Below are positions 50,970 to 62,116 of a DNA stretch of 64,000 nt, piece by piece; position 1 is the stretch's first letter; each line of letters opens with the position of its first letter. Where the stretch lies: assembly GCA_963664815.2 (NCBI GenBank), contig CAXXHB010000003.1, positions 2,144,001 through 2,208,000 of the forward strand. Direction: 5' to 3'. Under the pieces are notes generated by a model that saw only the letters and a program-made list of their open reading frames with translations, searched no databases and was not told where the DNA came from. The DNA is from Spirochaetota bacterium. GTDB taxonomy: Bacteria > Spirochaetota > UBA4802 > UBA5550. Position numbers and translations under genes: made by a program.

Positions 50970-51420
50970 CTGAAACCTGCACAGAACTATATCCCTAAAA
51001 CGTTTATATGCCATGAAGAGCTATTAACTTCACCGGGAGACTGACGGCAATTAAGGGATATACGTTAAAAGTATCATAGATGCATAATGTCTTGACAGTT
51101 ATGACGCAGATAACAACCATGACACAAGGTGAAAAGATGAAAATTATGCCGTATGAACGACCGTTTTATTTCTCGATAAAAAAAATAGAAAACTGTGTTA
51201 TCTCACGCAGACATAAATACATTGGCAAGCATATAATGTGCATGTCGGTGTGTATAAGACTTTTTAACATAAATATACTTTAGCAGCAGAAGAACCCGGA
51301 AAAGAGTATCCTGAACTTTTTTCCGTTTCAAAGCAGAATATCCTTTAAATTAGCCTATAGATGTTTGTCATGACGGCTGGATAAATCTTATATTAAACAT
51401 TGTTTCCGCAGTAATAATAT

Positions 51421-53067
51421 CTATTCCAGTACCGCTCCTTTTGCCGCTGAACCTACATATCTGATATACCGTTTCATGTATCCGTTGGGTATATCTTTTT
51501 CCGGGGGTTTCCACATCAGCCTCCGGCGATTCAGTTCTTCAGTATCAACATTAAGGTCAAGTTTACGCCCCGGAATATCGATGCTGATAATATCACCATC
51601 CTTCACCAGTGCAATTGGTCCGCCTGATGCAGCTTCCGGTGAGACATGTCCAATACAAGGACCTGCGCTTGCTCCTGAAAATCTTCCATCCGTAATAAGA
51701 GCAACTTTTTTAAATCCGGCAATCTCTATGCCCATTGTTACTGCAAGTGTCTCAGGCATGCCCGGCCCCCCTCTGGGGCCCTCGTTTCTGATTACAATAA
51801 CGTCACCTTCGCTGATGCTTTTACCCCTGATTGCCGCAAGCGCTTCCTTTTCGCCTTCAAAAACCCTTGCAGGACCGGAAAATACCAGCATTGATGGATC
51901 AACAGCTGACTGCTTTACTACAGCGCATTCAGGCGCAAGGCTTCCCTTCAGAATTACTGTGCTCCCCTCCGGCAGAAAAGGTTTGTTCCTTGGAGAGATA
52001 ACCCGGTTGTCTCTTACGGCAGCATACTCAAGATTTTCACTGATAGTTTTTCCTGTCACAGTCATTGACCTGACATTCAGATCATTTTCGAGCACCTTCA
52101 TTACAGCCGGCGTTCCTCCTGCAGTATACAGGTCAATAATGCCATATGGTCCGCTTGGTGATATGGCGCATAGCGTGGGAATCCTCCTGTTAAACTCGTT
52201 GAATCTTTCAACCGGATAATCAATACCCAGCTCACGGCCTATGGCCGGTATATGCAGTGTAGTGTTTGTTGAGCCGCCGATGGCAAGGTCAACCATGAGT
52301 GCGTTATCCAGCGCATCCCTGGTCAGTATTTTTCCTGCAGTGAGATTCTCTTCTGTCATATCGACTATACGTATACCTGCCCTGCGTGCGTATAAAAGCT
52401 TATCCGAATGGAATGAGGGTATATTAGCTGTACCCGGCAGGGCAAGCCCTAGTGCTTCAGTAAGGCACTGCATGGTGTTTGCCGTACCCATAAGTTCACA
52501 TGCCCCGCAGGCTGCCGGAATTGCGGTCTGCATTTTGTCAAAAGGATCTGTATAGGACTTGTGGTCAACGCTGCCGTTCATCGATGAGGAGTAGCGTATC
52601 TGCCAGCAGCCCGGCCCCCCTGTGACAAATATCGACGGGAGATCAAGTCGCGCAATTGCCATTATCATCCCCGGTATAATCTTGTCACAGCTTGCTATAC
52701 ATACAATTGCGTCGTATTTCATGCTTCTTACATGCATTTCTATAATATCTGCTATAAGATCCCTCTGCGCCAGTACGAAACGCATTCCTTCATGGCCTTC
52801 CGTCATACCGTCGCATGGTGCCGGCACCTGAAACCCGAATGGCACACCTCCGGCAGAATACACTCCCTCCTTAACTTTTTCAGCAATGATATCAAGATGT
52901 GCATGCCCGGGATTGATATCTGTCTTCGAAGATGCTATTGCTATAAGCGGTTTTCCCCTGATTTCATCAGGATCCATTCCCAAACCACGGAAGAAGGATT
53001 TCCTCACAACGCTTATAGGGAAATCACTGTCATTGAATATGACATTACTTTCTGTTTTTTTTGTCAT
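51421..53067 (-). CDS. ilvD: Dihydroxy-acid dehydratase (IlvD/Edd family)
   Basis: PCDG, CDKIIPG, GACELMGTANTM, GGSTNT.LH, EGPRGGPGMPE, TDGRFSG, GHVSPEA. Confidence 0.88.
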   Translation of the reverse strand: MTKKTESNVIFNDSDFPISVVRKSFFRGLGMDPDEIRGKPLIAIASSKTDINPGHAHLDIIAEKVKEGVYSAGGVPFGFQVPAPCDGMTEGHEGMRFVLAQRDLIADIIEMHVRSMKYDAIVCIASCDKIIPGMIMAIARLDLPSIFVTGGPGCWQIRYSSSMNGSVDHKSYTDPFDKMQTAIPAACGACELMGTANTMQCLTEALGLALPGTANIPSFHSDKLLYARRAGIRIVDMTEENLTAGKILTRDALDNALMVDLAIGGSTNTTLHIPAIGRELGIDYPVERFNEFNRRIPTLCAISPSGPYGIIDLYTAGGTPAVMKVLENDLNVRSMTVTGKTISENLEYAAVRDNRVISPRNKPFLPEGSTVILKGSLAPECAVVKQSAVDPSMLVFSGPARVFEGEKEALAAIRGKSISEGDVIVIRNEGPRGGPGMPETLAVTMGIEIAGFKKVALITDGRFSGASAGPCIGHVSPEAASGGPIALVKDGDIISIDIPGRKLDLNVDTEELNRRRLMWKPPEKDIPNGYMKRYIRYVGSAAKGAVLE

Positions 53068-53167
53068 TATGCCTCCGGGTATAGTTCTGTTTATTTACAG
53101 AAAAACTAAGAAATTGACAGATTAATGATCATATTTAACACAGGATTAGTAAAATTCTGTTTTATCG

Positions 53168-53938
53168 CTACAAATTATATGCTTTTAAATATTCCGGAAC
53201 TATAACTTTTATTCCGGAAAAATATTTATAGATCATTTCTATAAAATGAATACTATCTATTTTCCTGGATACCGGTGGAAAGGAATCATCATAATGATGT
53301 AAAAATATATTTTTAGGTTTGATTCTCTCCACAAACTGCAAAGTATAGTTGTCAAGATCCGATCTCCCCTGAAAAGGAATTGTCATTAAATCAACCCCTT
53401 GCGGATATTCTTCATTCATTGAAAGATTGAGACTTCCGAAGTGAAAAATCGTCTTACCGCCGGCCTCAATCTGATATGCCAGCATCTGCCCCATATCAAA
53501 TTTTTTATGAACCCTCATAAACGAACAAAAAGTTCTGAAATTGAGCAGAATTTGAGGATTGATGAAAGTTCGAAGTAATAAAGCCCTGTCCGGTTTTACA
53601 TGCTCCCCGGCGAAAACCCTTATCCTGAATGGATCGTTTTCAATTATATCCCCTGGTTGAATGGCGGTGATACGGCTATTCGGCACATTTTCTTTTATTA
53701 ATAGATTTTTTGTGTCCCGTGAACAGTAAACTTTACTATTTCCAGACGAAACAATTGCCGGAACATCCATGGCATGATCAAAATGACCATGTGTAAGAAA
53801 AATATTACCCATATCAGCTAATTCTTCCACACTCACGCACTTGATTTGCGCATTACGTGTAATAAATGGATCAAATATTACTGATTTTCCTTCATGAGTA
53901 ATACAAATGTTTGCAGTTCCAAACCATCTTAAATGCAT
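53168..53938 (-). CDS. MBL-fold metallo-hydrolase (UPF0173-like)
   Basis: WFGTA, FDPF, THGHFDH, GEH, HHYD. Confidence 0.85.
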   Translation of the reverse strand: MHLRWFGTANICITHEGKSVIFDPFITRNAQIKCVSVEELADMGNIFLTHGHFDHAMDVPAIVSSGNSKVYCSRDTKNLLIKENVPNSRITAIQPGDIIENDPFRIRVFAGEHVKPDRALLLRTFINPQILLNFRTFCSFMRVHKKFDMGQMLAYQIEAGGKTIFHFGSLNLSMNEEYPQGVDLMTIPFQGRSDLDNYTLQFVERIKPKNIFLHHYDDSFPPVSRKIDSIHFIEMIYKYFSGIKVIVPEYLKAYNL

Positions 53939-54234
53939 ATCAGAGCCTCTTCTATATAAATTAACTCATAATCATTCAGTTCTCATTTAATCAGTTTCAT
54001 TTTGAGCTACAGCCGATATAATCTCAATCCTTAAAAATAAAAAAGTGATGTTTCCCTGAAAAAAATAAATCAGACTTGATTAATTAACACCAGATTTTAA
54101 TAAAACATTTATAGATTTATAAAACCCTGCATCCATGGAAACAGTTCAGAATAATAATATAATATTCTTTAATGATAAGCTGACAGCTGAACTCTCTCTT
54201 TTGAGAACAGGCAGCCAGCTGATATGAAGATCAG

Positions 54235-57200
54235 TCAGCTGACATCTAATAAAACCAGACATAGATCATCATTAAACTTATCTTTGCTGCAGAAAGATTT
54301 TAAAACATTAATCAGCCTGCCTGAAAACTGATACTGTTCCAGAAATGCATTTTTACGTATAAAATCCTTTAATCGTTCTTCACCGAAAAGCTGGTTATCT
54401 GAATTCATGCATTCAGTAATTCCATCAGTATAAAATATTACTCTGTCCCCCTTTTCAAGCCGTATCTCACCTTCTGATAATTCAAGGTCGCTGAACAGAC
54501 CCAAAGGCCTCCCTTTTGCCTTGAGTTCATAAAACTCATCACTTTTTTTTCTGTAAACCAGCGGATAGATATGTCCGGCATTTACATATTTCATCATTCC
54601 GGACTCTCTGTCTATGAGGCAGAAAAAAGTTGTCATATAGATTGAATTAACAGTTGAATTACACAATATATCATTTACACGGTATAATACCCCGGCACAG
54701 GAACTCTTATCAGATATACTGTCAAATGCCATTTTGGCAATCATTGATATAAAAGCGGAAACAAGTCCATGTCCCGAAACATCAGCAATATATATTTCTA
54801 TAAATGTTCCATCCTCTTTAAAACCATAAAAATCACCCCCGACCTCTTCCATCGGTATATAAGTAGGATGGAATTCAAACCCAGGTATAACCGGGATATT
54901 CTGCGGTAAAAGCCTGTGCTGAATCAGGCGGGCAATTTTTAACTCTTCTTCTATTTCAAAATTTCTTTTTTCAATACTGTATTCATAACTACGCGCCTTC
55001 AGCATCATTCTTATCCTGGTTAAAAGCTCCCTTGAGTTAAATGGTTTAATCAGATAATCATCAGCCCCATATTCAATTCCATCAATCTTGCTGGATATGT
55101 CGGTTTTTGCCGTAAGCATTATAACAGGCGTCCTTTTAAGTTCTTTATCATCCTTGATTTTCTTTGTCATCTCATAACCGTTCATTACCGGCATCATGAC
55201 ATCTGTTACTATCAGGTCAGGGCGCAGTTCACCGGCTTTTTCAAAACCTTCTTCACCATTTTCGGCAATATATACATTATAGTATCTCTGAAGAAGAAAC
55301 CTGAGAAAACTCTGCATATCAGGATTATCTTCAACAATAAGAATATCTTTACTGTTTTCTTTTATAATAATCTCCGCCGGTTCCCTGTTCCAGTTCTCAT
55401 GTTTCAGTTCAGTCATCTCTCTCATGCCGAAAAAGCGGTAATCGGATACAGAATCCTCCATTTCACTAATCCCGACAAGTTTAAGATTATCATTATTTCG
55501 GAGATGCTCTTTCCCTTTCGGTATTGTCACAATAAAGGTTGTGCCATGATCATCAGGATAATCAGTTATATATCTGCTTTTAACTGTTATTGTACCGCCA
55601 TGCATTTCAACAAACTCTTTTACCAGGGCAAGCCCTATACCTGTACCTTCATATTTTCTGGTAAGACCGGAATCAACCTGCGAAAACCGGTCAAATATAG
55701 ATTCATATTTATCAGAAGGAATTCCAATGCCTGAATCTTCAAATCCGACATAACAGTTTTTATCATCATCCCTTACTGATACATTTATAAATCCCCCCGT
55801 ATCAGTGAATTTCAGGGAATTAGAAAGAAGATTCATAACTATTTTGTCCATCTTTTCAATGTCTATATACAGCATTACAACATTATTCAATGGAGCACAA
55901 TTGAGGCTTATTTTTTTAGATTCAGCCGCTGAAAGAATAGTAGAAATATAATTTCTGATTAAAAGAACAATATCCACCTCCTGGATTTTCATATCCATAC
56001 GACCTGCTTCAATTTTAGAAAAGTCCAGAAGGTTATTGATCAGTTTCAGAAGCCTGACAGCATTTCTCTGTAAATTCCTGAAAAAACTATCATCAATCTT
56101 CTCATCATACTCACCCTGTAAAACCGATTCCACCGGTGAAAGTATCAGGGTAAGAGGCGTACGGATTTCATGTGAGATATTTGCAAAAAAGTTTGATTTC
56201 ATCTTGTCAAGCTCTTTGAGATTTTCATTCGCTTTATTCAGTTCCATGGTTCTTTCAGCTACTTTTTTCTCCAGGTTTTCTGTAGCATTCCGCTGTATCT
56301 CAATAGTCCTGATCTGTGCTGATTCTTTTTCTTCTTTCAGTATATTGATTCTGTCACCCAGTGCAAATGAAAGTAAAATTACTTCCGCCGCAGAACCGAT
56401 CTGTACGCTGTATTGCGTCACAAAATTTGAAGGGAGATATCCTGCATACTGCAGACCCAACAGTGAACATCCGATTAAAAACATTGTCCATGCGGCAAGA
56501 TAGTAACGCGCCGTTCTGTTACCTCTGATGGCGCTGATTATACCTACTATAAAATAATTCACAACGGCTATTATTGTAGTTGTTGCTGACAACCTTGTGG
56601 CAAAGGAGTATTCCATTGTCAGGGATATAACCATTCCTGTGAGAGACCAGAACATCATGAACAACACCATTTTCTCCGCAGCCGGAGCCAGTTCCTTCAG
56701 GTTTAAAAAAGTACGTATGAACTGACCTATGGTAAGTATTCCGAGAAAAATAAAAAACGGAGTACTGATCTTGGCCCACCGGATACTGTGCGGCCATATA
56801 TACTGGAAGGCAAGCCCGTTGATTGACAAAGAAAACAACATGAAAGAGATAATATAAATTATATAATAAAGATAACTTTTATCACGGACAGAGATGAAAA
56901 CAAACAGGTTGTATAATATCATAACCAGTAATATACCGTAATACAATCCAAGAGCCATATATTCATCACTGGCTTTTTCAGCGAAATACTCCCGTGTCTG
57001 AAGAACCATTGGAAACTTTAATGAACTTGAAGATTTTATTTTTACAAAAAAAATGCTGTTCCCCTGATTAATATTGACCTTGAAAATAAAGTTTCTGTGC
57101 AGCAGTGTCCTGTTTTCAAAATTATAGTGAAAACCCGCTATCTCCTTATGATAATTATTATAATTATCCGGCGTATATAGTTCTATAAAATCAAGATGCG

Positions 57201-57552
57201 GATATCCTATCTCCAGATACATATCTTTTGAATATTTATAAGGATTATTTACACGGAGTCTGATCCAGTATACAGATGTTGTATATCCATACTTGGGAAC
57301 CTCTGCTTTACTCCTTATGAAATCTCTGTCAGTTTTATTATTCAGCAGATCTTCAATTTTGAGAACACCGTTCTTGTCCTCCAGTATTTCAATGTTTGTA
57401 CCAAGGTTATAGTGATTAATAAAGGGATCGAGTTTAATTATATTCGATTGAGCAGCTGCATTTAAAGAGTATAAAGTAACAAGGAGCAGAATTATATTTA
57501 TTGTTAAGAAATGGGTCTTTATTCTCATCGTATATCCATTAAAAGAGAGCAT
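54235..57552 (-). CDS. 7TM-DISM sensor + HisKA/HATPase + REC + SpoIIE (PP2C) hybrid
   Basis: 7TMR-DISM ectodomain and TMs; FFANISHEIRTPL, NLLSNSLKFT, GTGIGL; DVMMP receiver; VGGDFY, ADVSGHG, YTDG, DDL. Confidence 0.92.
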   Translation of the reverse strand: MLSFNGYTMRIKTHFLTINIILLLVTLYSLNAAAQSNIIKLDPFINHYNLGTNIEILEDKNGVLKIEDLLNNKTDRDFIRSKAEVPKYGYTTSVYWIRLRVNNPYKYSKDMYLEIGYPHLDFIELYTPDNYNNYHKEIAGFHYNFENRTLLHRNFIFKVNINQGNSIFFVKIKSSSSLKFPMVLQTREYFAEKASDEYMALGLYYGILLVMILYNLFVFISVRDKSYLYYIIYIISFMLFSLSINGLAFQYIWPHSIRWAKISTPFFIFLGILTIGQFIRTFLNLKELAPAAEKMVLFMMFWSLTGMVISLTMEYSFATRLSATTTIIAVVNYFIVGIISAIRGNRTARYYLAAWTMFLIGCSLLGLQYAGYLPSNFVTQYSVQIGSAAEVILLSFALGDRINILKEEKESAQIRTIEIQRNATENLEKKVAERTMELNKANENLKELDKMKSNFFANISHEIRTPLTLILSPVESVLQGEYDEKIDDSFFRNLQRNAVRLLKLINNLLDFSKIEAGRMDMKIQEVDIVLLIRNYISTILSAAESKKISLNCAPLNNVVMLYIDIEKMDKIVMNLLSNSLKFTDTGGFINVSVRDDDKNCYVGFEDSGIGIPSDKYESIFDRFSQVDSGLTRKYEGTGIGLALVKEFVEMHGGTITVKSRYITDYPDDHGTTFIVTIPKGKEHLRNNDNLKLVGISEMEDSVSDYRFFGMREMTELKHENWNREPAEIIIKENSKDILIVEDNPDMQSFLRFLLQRYYNVYIAENGEEGFEKAGELRPDLIVTDVMMPVMNGYEMTKKIKDDKELKRTPVIMLTAKTDISSKIDGIEYGADDYLIKPFNSRELLTRIRMMLKARSYEYSIEKRNFEIEEELKIARLIQHRLLPQNIPVIPGFEFHPTYIPMEEVGGDFYGFKEDGTFIEIYIADVSGHGLVSAFISMIAKMAFDSISDKSSCAGVLYRVNDILCNSTVNSIYMTTFFCLIDRESGMMKYVNAGHIYPLVYRKKSDEFYELKAKGRPLGLFSDLELSEGEIRLEKGDRVIFYTDGITECMNSDNQLFGEERLKDFIRKNAFLEQYQFSGRLINVLKSFCSKDKFNDDLCLVLLDVS

Positions 57553-57957
57553 TCATAATTAAAAATTCAATATACCTGTATAATAATTATATCAGCTGAA
57601 TTTGTCTAACTATAATACAGATACAGAATTCATTATTTCAAAGATATATCTGTTTTATTACAAGCAGAATAATGTATAAATTGTCATACACTCCCTTAAA
57701 TCAATGATGAATTTCAATAAGATACAAGCTTAAAATATCAGCAGGAGATATCAAGTCACCAGATTTTACCGGTATTGCATATATTTAAAAAGTCTATCAT
57801 AAATAAATTCATTTGCCAAAAGACTGATTATGATATTTAAACATAATCGATGATATAATTGAGAAATATTAAAACATAGTCGAAGAAAGATAAACAGGAT
57901 CAGCAGTTTGAGTCCGAAGTTAAGTTTAGACTGCAATAAATATAATGAGGTGCAAAA

Positions 57958-58233
57958 ATGGAGCTTAAAAAAATATGTTCTTTTATTAAAGAAAATGTTT
58001 ATTTCAATCTATTTTTAATAATTATCTCTTTTTGGATTGGTATAACTTTTTCAAGTCAAGGAAGTATCTTATATATAATAAGTGATTTTATGATTAAAAA
58101 ATTTGAATCACCTATTGAGGTACAATTTTTAATTGAATTAATAATAATACTGTATTGTATTACAATCTATTTTTCATTCAGGATTATTATTAATTTAATT
58201 CTTAAAGTATATGAATATTATAGTAACAAATAA
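57958..58233 (+). CDS. Small 2-TM hypothetical protein
   Basis: GAGGTG RBS; two hydrophobic segments; very AT-rich. Confidence 0.55.
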   Translation: MELKKICSFIKENVYFNLFLIIISFWIGITFSSQGSILYIISDFMIKKFESPIEVQFLIELIIILYCITIYFSFRIIINLILKVYEYYSNK

Positions 58234-58951
58234 TTATAATATTTTCTTAAACCTGCGATTTATTAAAGTTTCATGTTATCTTATCCAGCAGTTGGACATA
58301 ACATTTCCGGAAAATACTGTTTCTTAAATGGATGTGCAGTTTTTTGAAAAACCATAAAACTATTAACCCTGTTTTTTTATTTTGCTTTCCTTTATAATCT
58401 TGTAAACCTTATCCCCTTTTTTTAATTTATCAATAGAACCGGAAAGTACTCTGCATTTTACAACTGTCATCATTGGAAACGCAGCATCTAACACAACAGC
58501 CTCATTTCCGGTGAAGACAGTAAGCTGCAGAAAAATTGAATTTAAACCTCTCCGATTTCATTATATATTAAATGAATATATAGTTGTAACCATTACACCA
58601 TAAAACTGGTTCTTGGTATTATCCTCTAATTTTATTAAATATTGATACCTTCCCCCTATGGAAAGTGTAATTGATGTATCAGGTATGACATATGCCAAAT
58701 TCATCGTTGCATTTGGTCCGGCTGATGAATTCTCTGTTTTTTCAATTTCTGGATCTATTGCCTGATAATCATAAGTTATTTTGTCTTCATTTTTATTATT
58801 TAAATATACACCTGAAATCGAACTTATTAAATAAACATTATCAGTTATATTAAATGTTAATTATAGTGAGCCCAAAAAATGAGACACAGATTTCAATATG
58901 ATGAAGTGTATTTTTCCTTGAAATAAAACACAAGGAGAATTATAAAAGGTA

Positions 58952-59251
58952 ATGAAAAAACGACATAGTAAAGAGTTCAAAGCAAAAGTAGCCATTGATG
59001 CCCTCCGTGGAGAAAAGACAGTACAGGAGTTGGCACAGAAGTATGAGATACACCCGAATCAGGTGACACTCTGGAAGAAGCAGTTAATTGAGAACGCAAC
59101 TACCGCATTTGATAAACATGGTAATGACAAAGAATTAGATGATACTGAAAAGAAACAAGACGAACTTTACAGCCAGATAGGTCAGCTCAAAGTTGAGAAT
59201 GATTTTTTAAAAAAAAAGTACAAGCAACTGTACGGGACAGAGCCGAAGTAG
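58952..59251 (+). CDS. IS3 transposase OrfA
   Basis: [49 protein letters not shown]; A9-G slippery run at 59209-59218 for -1 frameshift. Confidence 0.93.
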   Translation: MKKRHSKEFKAKVAIDALRGEKTVQELAQKYEIHPNQVTLWKKQLIENATTAFDKHGNDKELDDTEKKQDELYSQIGQLKVENDFLKKKYKQLYGTEPK

Positions 59252-59265
59252 TAGAGCCCGGACAT

Positions 59266-60084
59266 ATGAAACTATCAATTAAAGAACAATGTGCAATTCT
59301 CGGCATAAGCCGTTCATCGTATTACTATAAGCCAGAATTGGCATTGAATGAAACCAATGTTGCAATATTGAAAGCTATCATGGAAGAATTAAAGCTTCAT
59401 CCGTTTTACGGATATAGGAAGATTACTATAGCCCTTAAGGACATGAGTGTCACAAGAAAGCAGATTAGGTTAATCATGAAAAAGGCCGGACTGCGGGCTA
59501 TTTATCCCGGCAAACGCTTGTCAATACCAGTAAAGATGCATGAGAAATATCCATATCTCCTTCAAGATAAGAATATATGGCTTCCGAATCAGGTATGGGC
59601 GACAGACATTACGTACATTAAGCTTTCAGGAGGTCATGTATATCTAATTGCTATTCTTGATTTATTCAGCCGGAAGGTGCTTTCATGGAAACTGTCAAAT
59701 ACGCTGGATGCAGAATTTTGCGTATCGGCTCTTGAAGAAGCAATAATGACATATGGAACACCGGCGATTTTCAATACAGATCAGGGGAGCCAGTTTACAT
59801 CTGAGGCATTTACAGAAAAACTTAAGAGCCATGGGATAAGGATCAGTATGGATGGCAAAGGACGAGCTCTGGATAACATTTATATTGAACGGCTCTGGAG
59901 GTCTCTCAAGTATGAAGAAATATATCTGAATGAATATCGCACCATGGAGAATTTAAAAGCAGCATTGAAAAGATATTTTGATTTTTATAATACTGAAAGA
60001 TTTCACCAGTCACTGGAGTATGCCACACCGGATAAAATATATTATTCGTCATTTAAAGAACAATGTCAGGAAGAAGCAGCTTGA
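59266..60084 (+). CDS. IS3 transposase OrfB (DDE)
   Basis: WATDITY, FNTDQGSQFTS, GRALDNIYIERLWRSLKYE. Confidence 0.95.
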   Translation: MKLSIKEQCAILGISRSSYYYKPELALNETNVAILKAIMEELKLHPFYGYRKITIALKDMSVTRKQIRLIMKKAGLRAIYPGKRLSIPVKMHEKYPYLLQDKNIWLPNQVWATDITYIKLSGGHVYLIAILDLFSRKVLSWKLSNTLDAEFCVSALEEAIMTYGTPAIFNTDQGSQFTSEAFTEKLKSHGIRISMDGKGRALDNIYIERLWRSLKYEEIYLNEYRTMENLKAALKRYFDFYNTERFHQSLEYATPDKIYYSSFKEQCQEEAA

Positions 60085-60890
60085 AGGCCTGGAGAGATAC
60101 ACCAAAACATTTTAAAATCATGTATTGACAAAAGGGCTCACCTTAAATGTAAAACCTGCACCGGGACCGTTAGAATCTGTTTTTGAACTATATGAACCTG
60201 AGTAAACAGTATCTGGCGATGTACTTGTATAATAATAATAGCCGCCGTCACCTTTTTGAGCACAATATTTCCAGCCGAAAAATAATTTGAAAACATCATT
60301 AAATCTATAATTTATAGTCAAGTCCCCTTCAAAACGTTCTATTTTATCCAGATATCTGAAAAAATAAATTGCGCCTGAATCAATGTAATTTGCTTTACAT
60401 TTCCATCCAGTACCATAAGAGAATACTCCACCAATTGAAATGTTTTCCGTAAATTGAACACCTAAAATAACCCCATAAATAAAATTTGCATTTTCAGTCA
60501 TTTCAAATTTACGATCAGTGACCCATATATCATCCTTTTGAATCATCTCATTTTTAAAACTTGGTTCATACCATGCATACCAAACGTTAGCACCTGCACT
60601 GATAGATACGGCGTAAAGATTAATTGGAATAATTAAAGAAATCAGACTTAAGACTAAATAGTTTATGTTTTTCATTATTGTCTCCTTAATATTAATGATT
60701 AAGAAATCTACAGACTTAAGCATGATAAACAACCGACATTCATGATACATTCCATAAAATATTTGAAGGATAAATCCATTTACAATTGCCGTTCAAAACT
60801 TCCCGCAAAAACAGGTAAAGAACTGAAACAATATTATATTCAGCAGAATTATAACAAACACACTGTCTTATATCGGGCCGGTCAAATATA

Positions 60891-61694
60891 TCAAAAATAA
60901 TACATAAGCGACAGTGTCACGCCATAATACCTGTCCATATTACCCGAAGCATTATATACATCATTTGATGATTTATACCAAAGAGCCTGGTAGCGCCCCC
61001 CGAGAGCTATTGATGTGTTTAGAGACTCGATGTAATACGACAGGGATACCGTTGAGTTAAATCCCTGTCCATAGTAATATGTTGAACCACTAGTGTCTGT
61101 AAAAGCAAGCTGTAAAGGACTACACAAACTGCAGTAGGATAAACCGCACTGAAAGTACAAATTATCAAAAATAAGACTCAACGGAATAGCTGCACTTACT
61201 CCGGCACCTCCGCCGAATTCATTAATACCCATGCAATACCCGTTAACATTTTTGCCCGATGCGCCAGTTCCGGATACTTCATCATTATTAACAGTCATAA
61301 ATTTGAATCCTGCAAAGAGTTTGAAGTATTGCGTAAGCGTATAACTTATTGTTAAATCCGAATCTACCCTTGTTAACGGTGCATTAGAAACATGAACGTT
61401 GCTTTGACTGCCAGATCCCATTGTGACCGGTCCTGTTTCTATATCAGTTTTATATTGCATAACGGAGTATAATATCACAGCAGTAAATGTAAAGTTATCT
61501 GAAAATCCCCATGATATAACAGGTCCCATCATAAGAGCCGGATCTATCTCCACTTTATCGTAAAAATCTTTCCAGAAAGGACTATACCATGAATAGAATG
61601 ATGTCATACCTATTGATAGATCACTGGCCCGTGTAATAGAAGTTGTTAATACAAACAATATTGAAATCATTATAGTTATAATTCTCTTTTTCAT
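60891..61694 (-). CDS. Putative outer-membrane beta-barrel protein
   Basis: Signal peptide, alternating beta strands, LGGRYQ, C-terminal YYF. Confidence 0.75.
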   Translation of the reverse strand: MKKRIITIMISILFVLTTSITRASDLSIGMTSFYSWYSPFWKDFYDKVEIDPALMMGPVISWGFSDNFTFTAVILYSVMQYKTDIETGPVTMGSGSQSNVHVSNAPLTRVDSDLTISYTLTQYFKLFAGFKFMTVNNDEVSGTGASGKNVNGYCMGINEFGGGAGVSAAIPLSLIFDNLYFQCGLSYCSLCSPLQLAFTDTSGSTYYYGQGFNSTVSLSYYIESLNTSIALGGRYQALWYKSSNDVYNASGNMDRYYGVTLSLMYYF

Positions 61695-62116
61695 TTCCGG
61701 CTCCCCTGTTAAAATATTATGGTTATATTTATAGCCATGTTTCTGTTAAGTCAATACAGGGTGCAATGAACGGCCTTTATTAAGTAATGAACGACATATG
61801 AACCGGATATTTCAGCAGAAATATTTAATTTTGAGCGACATGTAACTGATTAATCATCAAGACCAGTTTTTTTAATTTCACAGGAATTACGTTAGGTTTA
61901 ATAATCTTGACATACATTTGGTTTTTCAGATTTGACATTAAACATTTTCATCTTTATATAATACTATTATGGAACCTTTCCGGATAAAAGCAGGTCTAAT
62001 AAAAAAATATATTTTTAATCATTTTTAAATCAAAAATATATATTTTAAAAAAATGAGTCATAAAAAAGATTTAGATAAATGATTCATAATTATCACTCAA
62101 TAAATAATTAAAACCA

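Larger units (their letters stand above)
58862..60145 (+). mobile_element. Complete IS3-family insertion sequence with 3-bp target duplication (AAT)
   Basis: Ends TATAGTGAGCCC... and ...GGGCTCACCTTA; AAT at 58859-61 and 60146-48; orfA and orfB inside. Confidence 0.92.
58561..60675 (-). pseudogene. Outer-membrane beta-barrel gene (about 275 aa) interrupted by IS3; halves at 60675-60146 and 58858-58561
   Basis: Removing the IS and one AAT gives in-frame ...GPGAGFTLTFNITDNVY...ITLSIGGRYQYL...QFYGVMVTTIYSFNI*, similar to neighbour 60891-61694. Confidence 0.88.

Noticed and set aside
51476-53125. Long plus-strand ORFs (up to 247 aa) opposite ilvD
   Set aside because: Antisense to a well-conserved gene, with no motifs
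57870-58300. Integron cassette around the 91-aa ORF
   Set aside because: A GTTRRRY-like word is present, but there is no convincing attC pairing and no integrase
60118-60750. 210-aa ORF as an intact gene
   Set aside because: Its last residues (KVSPFVNT) are read from the IS end; it is the 5' half of the disrupted OMP
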